This document shows, piece after piece, positions 8,695 to 19,365 of a DNA stretch of 37,355 nucleotides. Source of the DNA: Acidobacteriota bacterium (lineage in GTDB: Bacteria > Acidobacteriota > Terriglobia > Bryobacterales > JACQDG01); NCBI GenBank assembly GCA_016201185.1, contig JACQDG010000224.1:1-37355 (forward strand). The letters run 5' to 3'. The notes under the pieces were generated by a model. The model had not been told where the DNA came from and did no database searches. It saw only the letters and a list, made by a program, of their open reading frames with translations. Position 1 is the first letter of the stretch, and every line of letters starts with the position of its first letter. The position numbers and the translations under genes are program-made.

Positions 8695-9609
8695 ATGCTT
8701 GGTCCTGCTGATCTGGAATTGATTCGCGAGTGCGGCTACTGCACGCTCCACGAACCGCGCACCGTCTCGATGTGCCAGGGTGAGCCGTTTTTGCGCGACG
8801 GCATTTTACGCTTTTTTGACGGCCGGAAGCTGTTGGTTTGCGGCTATTCGCTCGAGCCGGCTTCAGGCGGGATGAGCCGTTCAGTCGAGGCGCTGGTTCG
8901 ACACTGCTTGGCGTCCGATCCCGTCGAGGTCCTGGCCTACTGCGGTCCGGAGGAGGTCGCGCTGCGGCGCCTCTGCCCGTCCAAATTCCGCCGAATATTC
9001 TTCGAGCCGGCCACCCCGGCCCATGCGGAGATGGTCCTCGATTGCCACGAGGAGCCGAAGTCGTCCCGATTGCGGCAGTGGCTGCGGTCGGCCCAGAACG
9101 CGGCTTTCCAGGTCCGTGAGGTGCCGCTGTCAACTTTTCCGCTGGGCGTGGCGCATCTCCGGCTGATCGAGCGTTTTTTTAGCTCCCGGGAAAGTACGCC
9201 TGTTCTGTTAGACATGGCCTTTCTGTTGGGGCCGCTGGCCTTCATGCCTCATGTGCGGTGGTTCGAGGCTTACCGGGAAGGCGCATTGTGCGGGCTTGCG
9301 GCGGTGGTCGACGCCTTCCGCGATATGGACCTGGCTCTTTTTCTGGCCACGGATCCCGCAGCGGCCGGAGCCAGCGACAGCCTGTATGCCGCCATGCGCG
9401 ACTCGACTCGCTCACGCCGCAAGCGGTACTTGAACTTGGGGCCCAGCCCCTCGGCGGGCCATTATTCCTTCAAGGAAAAGTGGGGAGCGAAGCCGCTGGT
9501 TCCTTCTTATTACTACTGCGAGTGGGGGGCGGGGGAGTTGGCGCTCGGGGACTATAACAGTTGGCCGTCGCGCCTGGCGCAGTACGGCTTCCGCCCGGCA
9601 GTGACCTAA
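8695..9609 (+). CDS. hypothetical protein with C-terminal GNAT/FemABX-like fold
   Basis: ATG after GGAG; C-terminal GASDSLY…YLNLG…GHYSFKEKWGA resembles the FemAB/MprF-type GNAT tail. Confidence 0.65.
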   Translation: MLGPADLELIRECGYCTLHEPRTVSMCQGEPFLRDGILRFFDGRKLLVCGYSLEPASGGMSRSVEALVRHCLASDPVEVLAYCGPEEVALRRLCPSKFRRIFFEPATPAHAEMVLDCHEEPKSSRLRQWLRSAQNAAFQVREVPLSTFPLGVAHLRLIERFFSSRESTPVLLDMAFLLGPLAFMPHVRWFEAYREGALCGLAAVVDAFRDMDLALFLATDPAAAGASDSLYAAMRDSTRSRRKRYLNLGPSPSAGHYSFKEKWGAKPLVPSYYYCEWGAGELALGDYNSWPSRLAQYGFRPAVT

Positions 9610-9624
9610 ATCAGGAAACCGCTC

Positions 9625-12600
9625 TTATTTCTCTTTGCTCAGCCGCCGGAAATAATCAGCGACCGCCTTGCGGTACTCTTCCGGGACAGGCTGCTGGGCG
9701 CCTGCGCGGACTTGTGCGCCCTGCTTCTCGTCCAGCTTACGCCGCAGCAAGAGCTCCAGTTGCTCGGCTTCCAGGAGCAGCTTCTGCGCCTCGCGATCGA
9801 GGAGAAGCGGATTGCCGCCAGGGCCGGTCGGCAGAATGCCTACTCTGCCTATTTCACGGCGCAACTCTTCTAAATCACGGGCTAGCGCGGGATCGTTGCG
9901 CAAGGCGCGCTCGATCTGCGATAACTCGCCCTGGCCTTCGCGGTAGACGCGCGCGGGGTCGATTGGAATCGGCGGGACGCGGCCCGGGATGGTCGGCTGC
10001 CAGTCGCCTCGGTTAGAGTAGTCTCTCCCGGCTCTGGCATCGTTTCCTCCGCCCCGCTGCGCGCCCGGAGCGGCCTGCTGGCTCTCCCCGCCAGGCTGGC
10101 CGCCCTGCTGCTCACCCGGCTGCTGGCCTTGCTGGCCGCCACCCTGTTGCCGGGCGCGCTGGGCCGCCTGGGCCTGCTCCAGTTGCCGGCGAAGCTGCTC
10201 CACGCGGCTCAGGGCCCGCTCCAGGTTCTGGTCACCGCCTTGCTGCTCGGCCTGGGCCAGGCGCCGGGTCTCTTTCAGCCCGTCCCGAAGCTGGTTGAAC
10301 CCCTGGGTCACAGCCTCCTCGCGCTGCGCGGCGTAAAGGCCCATGCCTCGCTTCAGCATGTCGGCGCCCCAGCGCAGGCGCGGGCCAAGATCGGCCTCCC
10401 GCATGTTGCTCACCGTTTCGCGAAGCCGGCGGGAAGCGTTCGGCTGGGTGGGGGCTAAGCGCCGGGCGGTCTCCGCCATGCGGCTTTCCATGGAATCGAG
10501 CTGCGACAGCATCTGCTCCTTTTCGCGGGCCATGGCCTGGACCTGCTCGCGCGAGAGGCCCTGTGCGACGAGCGGCCGGCCCGTAATCGGATCGCTGGCG
10601 CCTGGGTTGGCTCTCTGGGTCTCGAGCGCCTGCCGCATCGCTTCCTGGAGCTTGTTGGCCATGGCCTGCTGCCGCTCGGCCATGTCGTTGGCGCGCTTCT
10701 CCAAGTCTTCCATCTCATCCGAGGCGCGCTGCCGACGCTCGCCCGAAAGTAAATCCTCGGCCTCCCGCATTCTCTCCTGCGCCCGTCTCTGTGCTTCGGC
10801 GCCGCCCCCGCTCTGCGCCTGCTGCGGGCTGCCGCTGCTGGCTGCCTGCATGTCGCGGGCGGCTTGTTGCAGCCGGTCCAGAGCCCGCCGGAGATTGGAA
10901 GCGCTCTGGCCTCCCTGTTGCCCGCTCTGGCCGGCTTGCTGCTGTTGCTGCATCTGTTGCAGGCGGCGCGCCAGGTCCTCGGCTTCGCGACGCAGCATCT
11001 CCTGCTGCCAGCGCTGGTCGAACGTGGGCAGTTGCTGGCGGCGCTGCTGCTCGGCGAGCTGCTCCTGGCGGCGGGCCAACTGGCGGAGCTTTTCCAGCGC
11101 TTCGTCCAGCTCCCGGTCGCGCTCCTGCGCGGAAGCTTGGCGGCCGGTCTCGTACTGGTTCTTGGCGGTGTCGAGCTCGAGGTCGAACATCTCGGCCAGA
11201 TCGCGGCCCATGTTGCCGCCGCCCCCGCCCATGTTGCCGAAGGCCACCTGGATGTCGCGGAAAATGGCTTCGGCCCGCAGCAGGTGCTGTAGCGCCTTCT
11301 GTTCCGGCGGAAGGGCATCGGTCCATTTCTGCTGCCCCAGCTTGTCAGACGCCGGCCCCATGGCCTCCGCCGCCTTCTCCATGTTGTCGCCAAACGCTTT
11401 GAAGTCGTCGCTCGCGGTCACCAGCTCCCGTCGCTTCATCCGCTCGGCAAGCGTGCGCGCCTGGTCACGCAGCTTCGACTGCAGGCCGGAGAGCGTCTTG
11501 GCGTGCTCGGCGGCCTTGAGCCTGTCGAGCGAGCGTTCCCGGGCCAGGTTCCAGGTGGCGGCGACGATCTCTTTTTGCCGGCGCGAAATCTGCGCGCTCT
11601 CGTCGTCCCCCCCTTCGCCGCCGCCGCCGCCCGTCTGTTGGGCCTGGCGGTACTCCCGCTCGAAAGGTTGTACCTCGATAAAGTACATATCGGTCTTCGA
11701 CTCGACCTTGGCGTCCCGCGCCACGGCGTAATAAGAGACCACGTCGCCCGGGACCAGCGAGAAATTCTCCAGCGGGAAGGTGTGGGAAGCCGCGCCCTGC
11801 TTTCGCCCGCCGGGGACGAGCGGCACGGTCTTTTCCGGCCCGCCGTTGATCGAGTAACGGAGCTCGAAGCCCTTTAGCCCGAAATCGTCCTCCGCTTCGA
11901 GCTGCGCCGTCACTTCCTCGATCGAGGTGGCCCGATAGTCCCGGCCGGGCCGGGAGAGGCGGACGGTGGGCTCGCGGTCCGGGATGGCCTCGATGAAGAA
12001 ATCATCGGTCAGGCGGACCATCTCGCCGTTATACAGAGCGGCGACGTAATACTGGCCGTCCTTTTCCACGGTCAGGCGGCCGTGGCTCCAGGTGCTCTCG
12101 CCGCTCTGGGTATTACTGAGAGGAATATTCACCTTGCCGTCCAGCCGCAGCACGCCCGCGGGCAAAGGGCGGTCGGTTTCCACCTCGACCTCCACCTCGG
12201 TCGAGGCTACTGCCCGCACGTCTCCTCCGGGCTCCTCGGTGTTTACTGCCAGGCCGGTCCAGGAGGGGTAGTGGTAGGTGAGCCGCAGTTTCTTTACATG
12301 GGGCATTTCCACCACGCGCACTTTGTATTCGGGGCTCTTCACGCCGCCGGCGGCGATGTAATAGCGGAGCGACTCTTCGACCCCGGCAAAGACGAACTCG
12401 AAGCCGGAATCGTCCAGCCGGCGCTGCATAGGCGCCTCTTCCCATTTGGCGCCGCTTGCAAACTTGGCGAACAGGCGGGCGGTCGGAGAGTAAAAACCAA
12501 TGGTCCGGGCGCTGATCAGCAGGTCCGCCTTGCGCCGGATCGTGACCGAGCCGGGCTCGACCACGATCTGGTACAGATTCGAGACGGACGGGCGCAGCCA

Positions 12601-13170
12601 TCCGGCCCACAGCCGCGCCGTCCCGTAACCGAGGTAGCCTGGCCCCGCCACCCCGAGCCAGATGATCACAGCAATAGCAGCCAGGCCCAAACCGGCAAAG
12701 GTCCAGATGGGGCCTGAGGAGGCAACCTCGGTCGGAGGCGCTTCAGCCGCGAGCTTAAGAGTGTCCTCGGCCAGCAGCGCCAGGATGGGGTTTGCACGAT
12801 CGTGCTTCTGGTCGGGCTTGTCCTGGCCGGCCTTGTTTTGATCCACCCAAGTCTGGATGCGCTGCTCGAAGGCGGGGAAGCGCCGCTCCAGCCGCCGGAC
12901 CCAGGGACTGCTTCCACCGGGCCGGCGCATGGCAAGCAACGGCCGCACCAGCACGGCCGCCACAATGGCCGCCAGCGCCCCGAACAGCGCCAGCCGCCCG
13001 AAAATCACACTCCAAGAGGCGAAGGCGAATCGATTCGTGAATAAGACGCACAGCAGGGTGAGAACCAGAGCCGCCGCCCCTGCGACTGCCAGCCCGCGGC
13101 TGGCCACGGTCATCTGCGCCCTCCGCTTCACTTCGCGAAGGTACTGCTCCAGAGCGAGGAAGGGATTCAT
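9625..13170 (-). CDS. large membrane-anchored coiled-coil protein (DUF4175-like) of the MoxR cluster
   Basis: Three N-terminal TM helices, beta-rich middle with AEDDFGL and PGDVVSYY, long Q-rich coiled coil, C-terminal VPEEYRKAVADYFRRL. ATG 13170 overlaps the upstream stop. Confidence 0.85.
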   Translation of the reverse strand: MNPFLALEQYLREVKRRAQMTVASRGLAVAGAAALVLTLLCVLFTNRFAFASWSVIFGRLALFGALAAIVAAVLVRPLLAMRRPGGSSPWVRRLERRFPAFEQRIQTWVDQNKAGQDKPDQKHDRANPILALLAEDTLKLAAEAPPTEVASSGPIWTFAGLGLAAIAVIIWLGVAGPGYLGYGTARLWAGWLRPSVSNLYQIVVEPGSVTIRRKADLLISARTIGFYSPTARLFAKFASGAKWEEAPMQRRLDDSGFEFVFAGVEESLRYYIAAGGVKSPEYKVRVVEMPHVKKLRLTYHYPSWTGLAVNTEEPGGDVRAVASTEVEVEVETDRPLPAGVLRLDGKVNIPLSNTQSGESTWSHGRLTVEKDGQYYVAALYNGEMVRLTDDFFIEAIPDREPTVRLSRPGRDYRATSIEEVTAQLEAEDDFGLKGFELRYSINGGPEKTVPLVPGGRKQGAASHTFPLENFSLVPGDVVSYYAVARDAKVESKTDMYFIEVQPFEREYRQAQQTGGGGGEGGDDESAQISRRQKEIVAATWNLARERSLDRLKAAEHAKTLSGLQSKLRDQARTLAERMKRRELVTASDDFKAFGDNMEKAAEAMGPASDKLGQQKWTDALPPEQKALQHLLRAEAIFRDIQVAFGNMGGGGGNMGRDLAEMFDLELDTAKNQYETGRQASAQERDRELDEALEKLRQLARRQEQLAEQQRRQQLPTFDQRWQQEMLRREAEDLARRLQQMQQQQQAGQSGQQGGQSASNLRRALDRLQQAARDMQAASSGSPQQAQSGGGAEAQRRAQERMREAEDLLSGERRQRASDEMEDLEKRANDMAERQQAMANKLQEAMRQALETQRANPGASDPITGRPLVAQGLSREQVQAMAREKEQMLSQLDSMESRMAETARRLAPTQPNASRRLRETVSNMREADLGPRLRWGADMLKRGMGLYAAQREEAVTQGFNQLRDGLKETRRLAQAEQQGGDQNLERALSRVEQLRRQLEQAQAAQRARQQGGGQQGQQPGEQQGGQPGGESQQAAPGAQRGGGNDARAGRDYSNRGDWQPTIPGRVPPIPIDPARVYREGQGELSQIERALRNDPALARDLEELRREIGRVGILPTGPGGNPLLLDREAQKLLLEAEQLELLLRRKLDEKQGAQVRAGAQQPVPEEYRKAVADYFRRLSKEK

Positions 13171-15209
13171 TCCGACTGCGCCTCTCGCCGCAGACCCAGA
13201 TGCAGGTTGCCCAGCAGCGATTCTATCACCGCTGCGGCCAGGGCTACCAGCATTACCGCCCGCCAGATGTCCTCTGGAGCACTTTGTGGGGCGCCCTTGG
13301 ATCCGGCGGGCGAAGCTGGATTGGGTGAAGTCGGCTCTGTCCGGCCGGTCGCCTTCCACAGCGCCAAGACATCCTCGTCGATCGGGCGCAGGTCGCTCTC
13401 CCGCGGGTCGGGATTGGCCGCTACCAGCTCCGTCTGGCCGGCGCGGCGAATCTCGTAAAAACCTGTACTGGTAAGAGTCATCTCACGGCTGGAAACGGCT
13501 TCTGCCAGGGTCAGGGCGCGGTGGCCGGAAGGGTCAATGACCTCAACCGTGGCCCGCGGGTCCCGCCGCTTGTGCAGCTCGAGGATAGAATCGACCGTTG
13601 CCTGCGTCGTCGTCTCTTCCACGCCGGACAGATAGCGGGCCGATTCGGCCACGAAGGGCACAAACAGCGGATGAATCGGCAGGTCGTTCCAGATGTTGTC
13701 GAGCGGGGAGGCCAGCGCCAGCAACCGCCCGGCGCCGAGCGCTTCTTCGATGAGCAGCGGCGAGCCGTCCGAAAGCCGTGCCAGCACCTTTTCGGCCGGC
13801 GTGTCCCAGCGCGCGTAGCGGAAAAACTTCACGCCCTCGAATCGTTTGGCCCCGCGCAGGGCCGGGTGGCTCGAGTCCATCTCGGCGACCTGCTGGAAGC
13901 GTTCCTTCTCGCGGCCCGTGTACTGAGCGTCGGCCACGCGCAGGCCGAGCACCGGCGCTGCGCCCTCCAGGGTTATGGACGGCCCGATCACCAGCAGGGC
14001 CGCGCCGCCGGCTTCGATGAACGCCTTCAGCCTCTTCTCGAACAAGGCCGGCAAGCGGGGAACGTCGGAGATGACGACGAATGCGAAGCGCTCGAGAGCC
14101 AGCGAGCCGGCGTCGGCCGGCGTGGCCGCCTGCAACATGAACATGGATTGCGCGGAGGACTCCAGGGCCGTGCGGTAGTAGAGCATCTCCCGTGCCCGCC
14201 CGCTCTGGTGGAGAAACAGGATCGGCAATGGGTCGGCGCGCTCGAAGGAAAGCAGACGCACGTCGTCGCCCGGCAGCGGATCGGCCGAATCGATGCGAAC
14301 CTCGCCGCGGCTGTGGCCGTGCGGGACCTCGAAATCCGCAAACTCCACCGTGGTCCGGCCGGACTCAGGCACGTCGGCGTTCTTCGAGGCCACCTGCCGG
14401 CCGTTGATGGCGAGCGTAACCCGGCGCGTGGTGGCCGGAGTGTCGAAGCCGGCCACGGTGACCTCGATCCGCGGCCGGGCTTTTTCATACAGGTGAAAGT
14501 CGCCCTTCACGCTTTCCACACACCAGTTGCGACCGACGCCCGTGGCGACGTTGTGTACCTCGAGCGACGCGTTCGTGGGCAGGCTGAGGTCGGCGAAGCG
14601 CCCCGGCATGGCGGATTGCTGGAAATCGGAGATCACGTGCACATTTGCGAGCGGCGCCGACTCCGGGCCGGCGCCTTGCGTCAGCGCACGCAGAGATTGG
14701 CCCAGCTCGCCATAGGAGTTGCGGGACCAGGTCGGCTCGAGCCCCTCGATGGCGCTTCGCAGCGCGGCGCGATCGCTCGAGGGCGCGTTCATCACGCGAA
14801 CGCCCGGCCCGAAACCAATTACCTGGGCCCGGTCGCCGGATCGCAGCCCGTCCACCAGCGCCAGCGCCTCGGCCTTCGCCTGCCTCCATCGTTCGCCGTA
14901 CCGCATGCTGAACGAGGTATCGATCGCTACCAGGCGGTTGCGGAATCCTCCGGACGAGCCGGTTACCGGGCGATAGAACGCGGGCCGGGCAAACGCCAGC
15001 GCCAGCAATGCCAGCAGCGCCAGCCGCGCCGCCAGCAGCAGCAGGTATCGCAGGCGGCGCTGGCGGATGGAGCGCTCCGTGCGGCGCTCAAAGAACATCA
15101 GCGAGCTGAACGGCACGCGCACGGGGTTCTGGCGCTCCAGCAGGTGCAGCCACAGCGGCAGCCCCAGCGCCACCAAACCCGCCAGGAACCAGGGCGCGAG
15201 AAGCGTCAT
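13167..15209 (-). CDS. BatA-domain / vWA membrane protein
   Basis: N-terminal BatA motif (P.FL.GL..L.LP..LHL…FSSLMF), IDTSFSM MIDAS, VISDFQ, N.DPRESDL, C-terminal TM helix. Confidence 0.9.
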   Translation of the reverse strand: MTLLAPWFLAGLVALGLPLWLHLLERQNPVRVPFSSLMFFERRTERSIRQRRLRYLLLLAARLALLALLALAFARPAFYRPVTGSSGGFRNRLVAIDTSFSMRYGERWRQAKAEALALVDGLRSGDRAQVIGFGPGVRVMNAPSSDRAALRSAIEGLEPTWSRNSYGELGQSLRALTQGAGPESAPLANVHVISDFQQSAMPGRFADLSLPTNASLEVHNVATGVGRNWCVESVKGDFHLYEKARPRIEVTVAGFDTPATTRRVTLAINGRQVASKNADVPESGRTTVEFADFEVPHGHSRGEVRIDSADPLPGDDVRLLSFERADPLPILFLHQSGRAREMLYYRTALESSAQSMFMLQAATPADAGSLALERFAFVVISDVPRLPALFEKRLKAFIEAGGAALLVIGPSITLEGAAPVLGLRVADAQYTGREKERFQQVAEMDSSHPALRGAKRFEGVKFFRYARWDTPAEKVLARLSDGSPLLIEEALGAGRLLALASPLDNIWNDLPIHPLFVPFVAESARYLSGVEETTTQATVDSILELHKRRDPRATVEVIDPSGHRALTLAEAVSSREMTLTSTGFYEIRRAGQTELVAANPDPRESDLRPIDEDVLALWKATGRTEPTSPNPASPAGSKGAPQSAPEDIWRAVMLVALAAAVIESLLGNLHLGLRREAQSE

Positions 15210-15260
15210 TCGCTACCAGTATACAGCCAGGGTCTGATAGGATATCTGGGAGAGAAGGCC

Positions 15261-15827
15261 ATGGCTACCCAGACGCTCGTTACCTTCGACCAGTTCATGG
15301 ATTTGCCGGAGCAAGAGGGGGTGGATCGTGAACTGGACGAAGGCAGAGTCATTGAAATGCCCCATCCAAGCTTTTTGCATGGCGCCATTCAAGGCAGAGT
15401 GTTTCATTTCTTTACGGTTTATCTGGAACGAACCGGGGCCGACTTCCACGCCTCGCTGAACACGGGATTTCGTCTCGGGCCTGAAACCGTCCGAGCTCCG
15501 GACGTCTGCCTGGTTCGCAGGTCGTCTTACGCGGCGATGGAAGCGGTGAAAGGCGCCCTGCTGGGCTTTCCTGACCTTGCCGTGGAGATAGTATCCCCGA
15601 GCGATACGGCTGCCGACATGGACCGCAAGATCGAACAATATCTCCGCGCCGGGGCTGCCGCCGTGTGGGTCTTCTACCCGGAGACCCGGCACGTCATGAT
15701 TCGCCGGCGTTCGGGAGAAACACGCATAGTGACATCCGGGCAGACCCTGGAAGAGCCTGAGCTGCTTCCCGGCTTGAGCATCCTGGTAGATCACGTCTTT
15801 TCAGGAATTGAGGAATTGAAAAAGTAA
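15261..15827 (+). CDS. Uma2 family PD-(D/E)XK endonuclease-like protein
   Basis: EL..G…MP.P..H, RAPDV, PDLAVEIVSPSD, K..Y..AG…VW, LLPG. Confidence 0.92.
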   Translation: MATQTLVTFDQFMDLPEQEGVDRELDEGRVIEMPHPSFLHGAIQGRVFHFFTVYLERTGADFHASLNTGFRLGPETVRAPDVCLVRRSSYAAMEAVKGALLGFPDLAVEIVSPSDTAADMDRKIEQYLRAGAAAVWVFYPETRHVMIRRRSGETRIVTSGQTLEEPELLPGLSILVDHVFSGIEELKK

Positions 15828-15926
15828 AGTAGAGGTTGGCCTTCACATAGGAGCTTCCATATCTTAGTTGGCAACGCCGACGCCCTTATAGATGGAAATT
15901 CTGGTTCCGGCCAGGGAGGCACTGCC

Positions 15927-17582
15927 ATGAAGGCTCTGTGTACATTAATCTGGCTGTTGGGCTCTGCCCCGGTTTTCGCCCAACAGCTAAACCCAGCCGA
16001 CCGTTCCGCGGCTGAGGCCGCCATCAAAACGATCCGGGCGCAGGCCATCCGTGCGCACATGCGTTTTCTCTCCGACAGCCTGCTGGAAGGCCGCGCTCCC
16101 GGCACGCGCGGCTACGACATCGCAGCGCAATACGTAGCCACTCAAATGGAAGCCATGGGTCTGCGGCCCGCCGGAGTCAACGGAACATGGTTCCAGCCCG
16201 TTCCGCTGCGAAAAGCGGTGAATGATGCTTCCCGGAGCTCGTATGTGCTGGTGGGGGACGGCAAGGAACAAAAGCTTGCCGATACTGCGGATTACGTGTT
16301 CGGCGGTGACCTACTGCGTGCCGAGAGCAGCGTCGAGGCCCCGCTCGTCTTCGTTGGCTTTGGTGCGACCGCGCCCGAGATGAACTACGATGATTACGCC
16401 GGCGCGAACGTACGCAACAAGATAGTCGTCCTGATTCAAGGCGCCCCACCAAGATTCCCCTCCACAGTACGCGCCTACTATTCCAGTAGGGTGGTCAAAG
16501 AGCAGAATGCAGTGGCTCATGGGGCTGCGGGCACGACCACAATCCTTTTGCCGGAAGATCAGAAGCGTGTCCGCTGGGATTGGATAGTCCCTCAGATCAA
16601 GGCTGGCCAAGTGCAATGGCTCGACGCCGCGCGTACGCCTCACGATGTGTTCCCCGAATTGCGCGTCGGAGCGCTCTTCAGCCAGCACGGAGCGGAGATG
16701 CTATTCGCTGGCGCGCCCAAGACACTGGACCAGGCTTTTGCAGCGGCGCGCGCCAACCAGCCGCAGGCTTTCCCCCTGGCGTCGAGCGCGCGAATCCACA
16801 GGGTGAGCACCCACACGGAATTTGAGAGTCCGAACATTATCGCTAAGCTTGAGGGCTCCGATCCTGCGCTTCGCGATCAGTACGTGGTGTATACGGCCCA
16901 TGTGGATCATCTCGGCCTGTGTCCGCCCGTCGAAGGGGACAAGGTGTGCCATGGCGCCTGGGACAATGCGTCCGGGACCGCTAGCCTGCTGGAAATCGCG
17001 CGAGCATTCACCAGCTTGCCACGGTCGCCCCGCCGCTCCGTGCTCTTCGTATTCGTCACAGGCGAAGAGATGGGCCTACTGGGTTCTGACTACTTCGCTC
17101 ATTTCCCCGCTGTGTTGATCGAGAACATAATCGCCAATCTCAACATAGATGGGTCTCCTAGCATGCTCACTTCGAGTAAGTATCTTACTGCCTATGGTGG
17201 TGAGCACTCCAGCCTGGGTAAAAATGCCGAATCGGCCGCCCAACAAGTCGGTTACAAGATCAGTCCCGATCTTATGCCTGAGGAGGTCTTGTTCATTCGG
17301 AGCGATCAGTATTCTTTTGTCCTTCAGGGTGTGCCCTCCCTCTTTATTATTGACGGTGCCGACGGCCTGGATGTGGGGCGGAAGTGGCTGACAACCAAAT
17401 ACCACACTCCTCTCGACAACGTGAACCAGCCTCTCGACTACGAATCAGGTGCGCGGGGGGCTCGAATGAATTTTCTGGTGGGATACGAAGTCGCCCAGCA
17501 GGACCAGCCTCCCGCCTGGAATGAGGGAGACTTTTTCGGCTCGAAGTTCGGGCGTGGCCGCGCAGCGAACACGAGAAAATGA
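15927..17582 (+). CDS. secreted M28 family aminopeptidase with PA domain
   Basis: Signal peptide; LEGR.PGT.G, TAHVDHLG, GAWDNASG, GEEMGLLGS, NID, RSDQY, YHTP.D. Confidence 0.93.
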   Translation: MKALCTLIWLLGSAPVFAQQLNPADRSAAEAAIKTIRAQAIRAHMRFLSDSLLEGRAPGTRGYDIAAQYVATQMEAMGLRPAGVNGTWFQPVPLRKAVNDASRSSYVLVGDGKEQKLADTADYVFGGDLLRAESSVEAPLVFVGFGATAPEMNYDDYAGANVRNKIVVLIQGAPPRFPSTVRAYYSSRVVKEQNAVAHGAAGTTTILLPEDQKRVRWDWIVPQIKAGQVQWLDAARTPHDVFPELRVGALFSQHGAEMLFAGAPKTLDQAFAAARANQPQAFPLASSARIHRVSTHTEFESPNIIAKLEGSDPALRDQYVVYTAHVDHLGLCPPVEGDKVCHGAWDNASGTASLLEIARAFTSLPRSPRRSVLFVFVTGEEMGLLGSDYFAHFPAVLIENIIANLNIDGSPSMLTSSKYLTAYGGEHSSLGKNAESAAQQVGYKISPDLMPEEVLFIRSDQYSFVLQGVPSLFIIDGADGLDVGRKWLTTKYHTPLDNVNQPLDYESGARGARMNFLVGYEVAQQDQPPAWNEGDFFGSKFGRGRAANTRK

Positions 17583-17657
17583 CAGCAGTCTTGTCTTTTG
17601 GGCGCATACTAAACAAAACGCTGCGCCTGACCGGGGCCGCCATTTCGGGTTTGCCAT

Positions 17658-18311
17658 TCACATCCTCTTCTGCCGGAACAGCAGGTACTCCTTCAGCGCT
17701 GTGTCCAGGGGCCTGGAAGTATCTAGCAACAGATAATCGGCCCCGGCGCCCCGGGCTTCCGCCTGCAATTTCTGGATGTGGGACTGGATCAGGCGGCGGT
17801 ATTCCTGGCGGGCGTACTCCGGGGCCACCTCCATGCGCTCGCCGGTTTCCATGTCCTCGAGCAGGGCGGCATCGCTCAGTTGCGGGACCAGCTCCGCCGG
17901 GTCCAGAACGTGGACCAGGATGATGTCGTTGCCCACCGCGTCGTGCTGGTGAAGCGCCAGGTAGGCGAGCGAGGCGGCCAGGTAGCGGGCGAACTCGATC
18001 TTGCTCACGCCGCTCGAGCGATAGCCCATGGAGGCGCTGGAATCAAACAAGAGAACCAACTGGGTGTTCGTTTCGCCCAGGTAGCGTTTCAAGTAGGTCC
18101 GCTCGGTGCGGGCGAAGACGTTCCAGTCGACGAAGCGCGGATCGTCGCCCGGGACGTAGGGGCGATACTCGGCGAATTCCTGGCTGAAGCCGAAGTACGG
18201 CGAGCGGTGCAGGCCGGCCACGAAGCCCTCCACCACGGTGCGAGCCACGAGCTCGATGGTCGAGATGCGGCTCAGCACCTGCGGGTCGAGAAGGCGTTGG
18301 GGGGCGGCCAT
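17658..18311 (-). CDS. DUF58 protein of the MoxR operon, apparently with an in-frame internal deletion (possible pseudogene)
   Basis: GLHRS…G.S.EFAEYR.Y.PGDD.R.VDW, DSSASM. Only 217 aa; jumps from DAVG straight to NDIILVHVLDP. Confidence 0.85.
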   Translation of the reverse strand: MAAPQRLLDPQVLSRISTIELVARTVVEGFVAGLHRSPYFGFSQEFAEYRPYVPGDDPRFVDWNVFARTERTYLKRYLGETNTQLVLLFDSSASMGYRSSGVSKIEFARYLAASLAYLALHQHDAVGNDIILVHVLDPAELVPQLSDAALLEDMETGERMEVAPEYARQEYRRLIQSHIQKLQAEARGAGADYLLLDTSRPLDTALKEYLLFRQKRM

Positions 18312-18331
18312 GGCCGTGGCTCCGTTGACGC

Positions 18332-19357
<1,026 letters not shown>

Positions 19358-19365
19358 GGGTAGGT

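Noticed and set aside
10343-11731. Long antisense ORFs (462 aa here; also 18407..19363, 19495..20931, 22703..23668, 33996..34973)
   Set aside because: Expected shadows of GC-rich codon usage on the opposite strand; no recognisable motifs.
13171-13359. Extended starts of several ORFs (this one; also 156, 3694, 7793, 8437, 22562, 27503, 27565, 31502)
   Set aside because: They overlap neighbouring genes or regulatory DNA; downstream starts have Shine-Dalgarno sites or stop/start coupling.
13521-15260. 768-aa + strand ORF 13521..15827
   Set aside because: The first 580 codons are the antisense shadow of the batA-like gene; only the last 188 aa (Uma2, ATG 15261) look like a real protein.
17583-17657. 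Possible terminator between the convergent M28 and DUF58 genes (GGCGCA…TGCGCC)
   Set aside because: Only a 6-bp stem with a long loop and no adjacent U tract.
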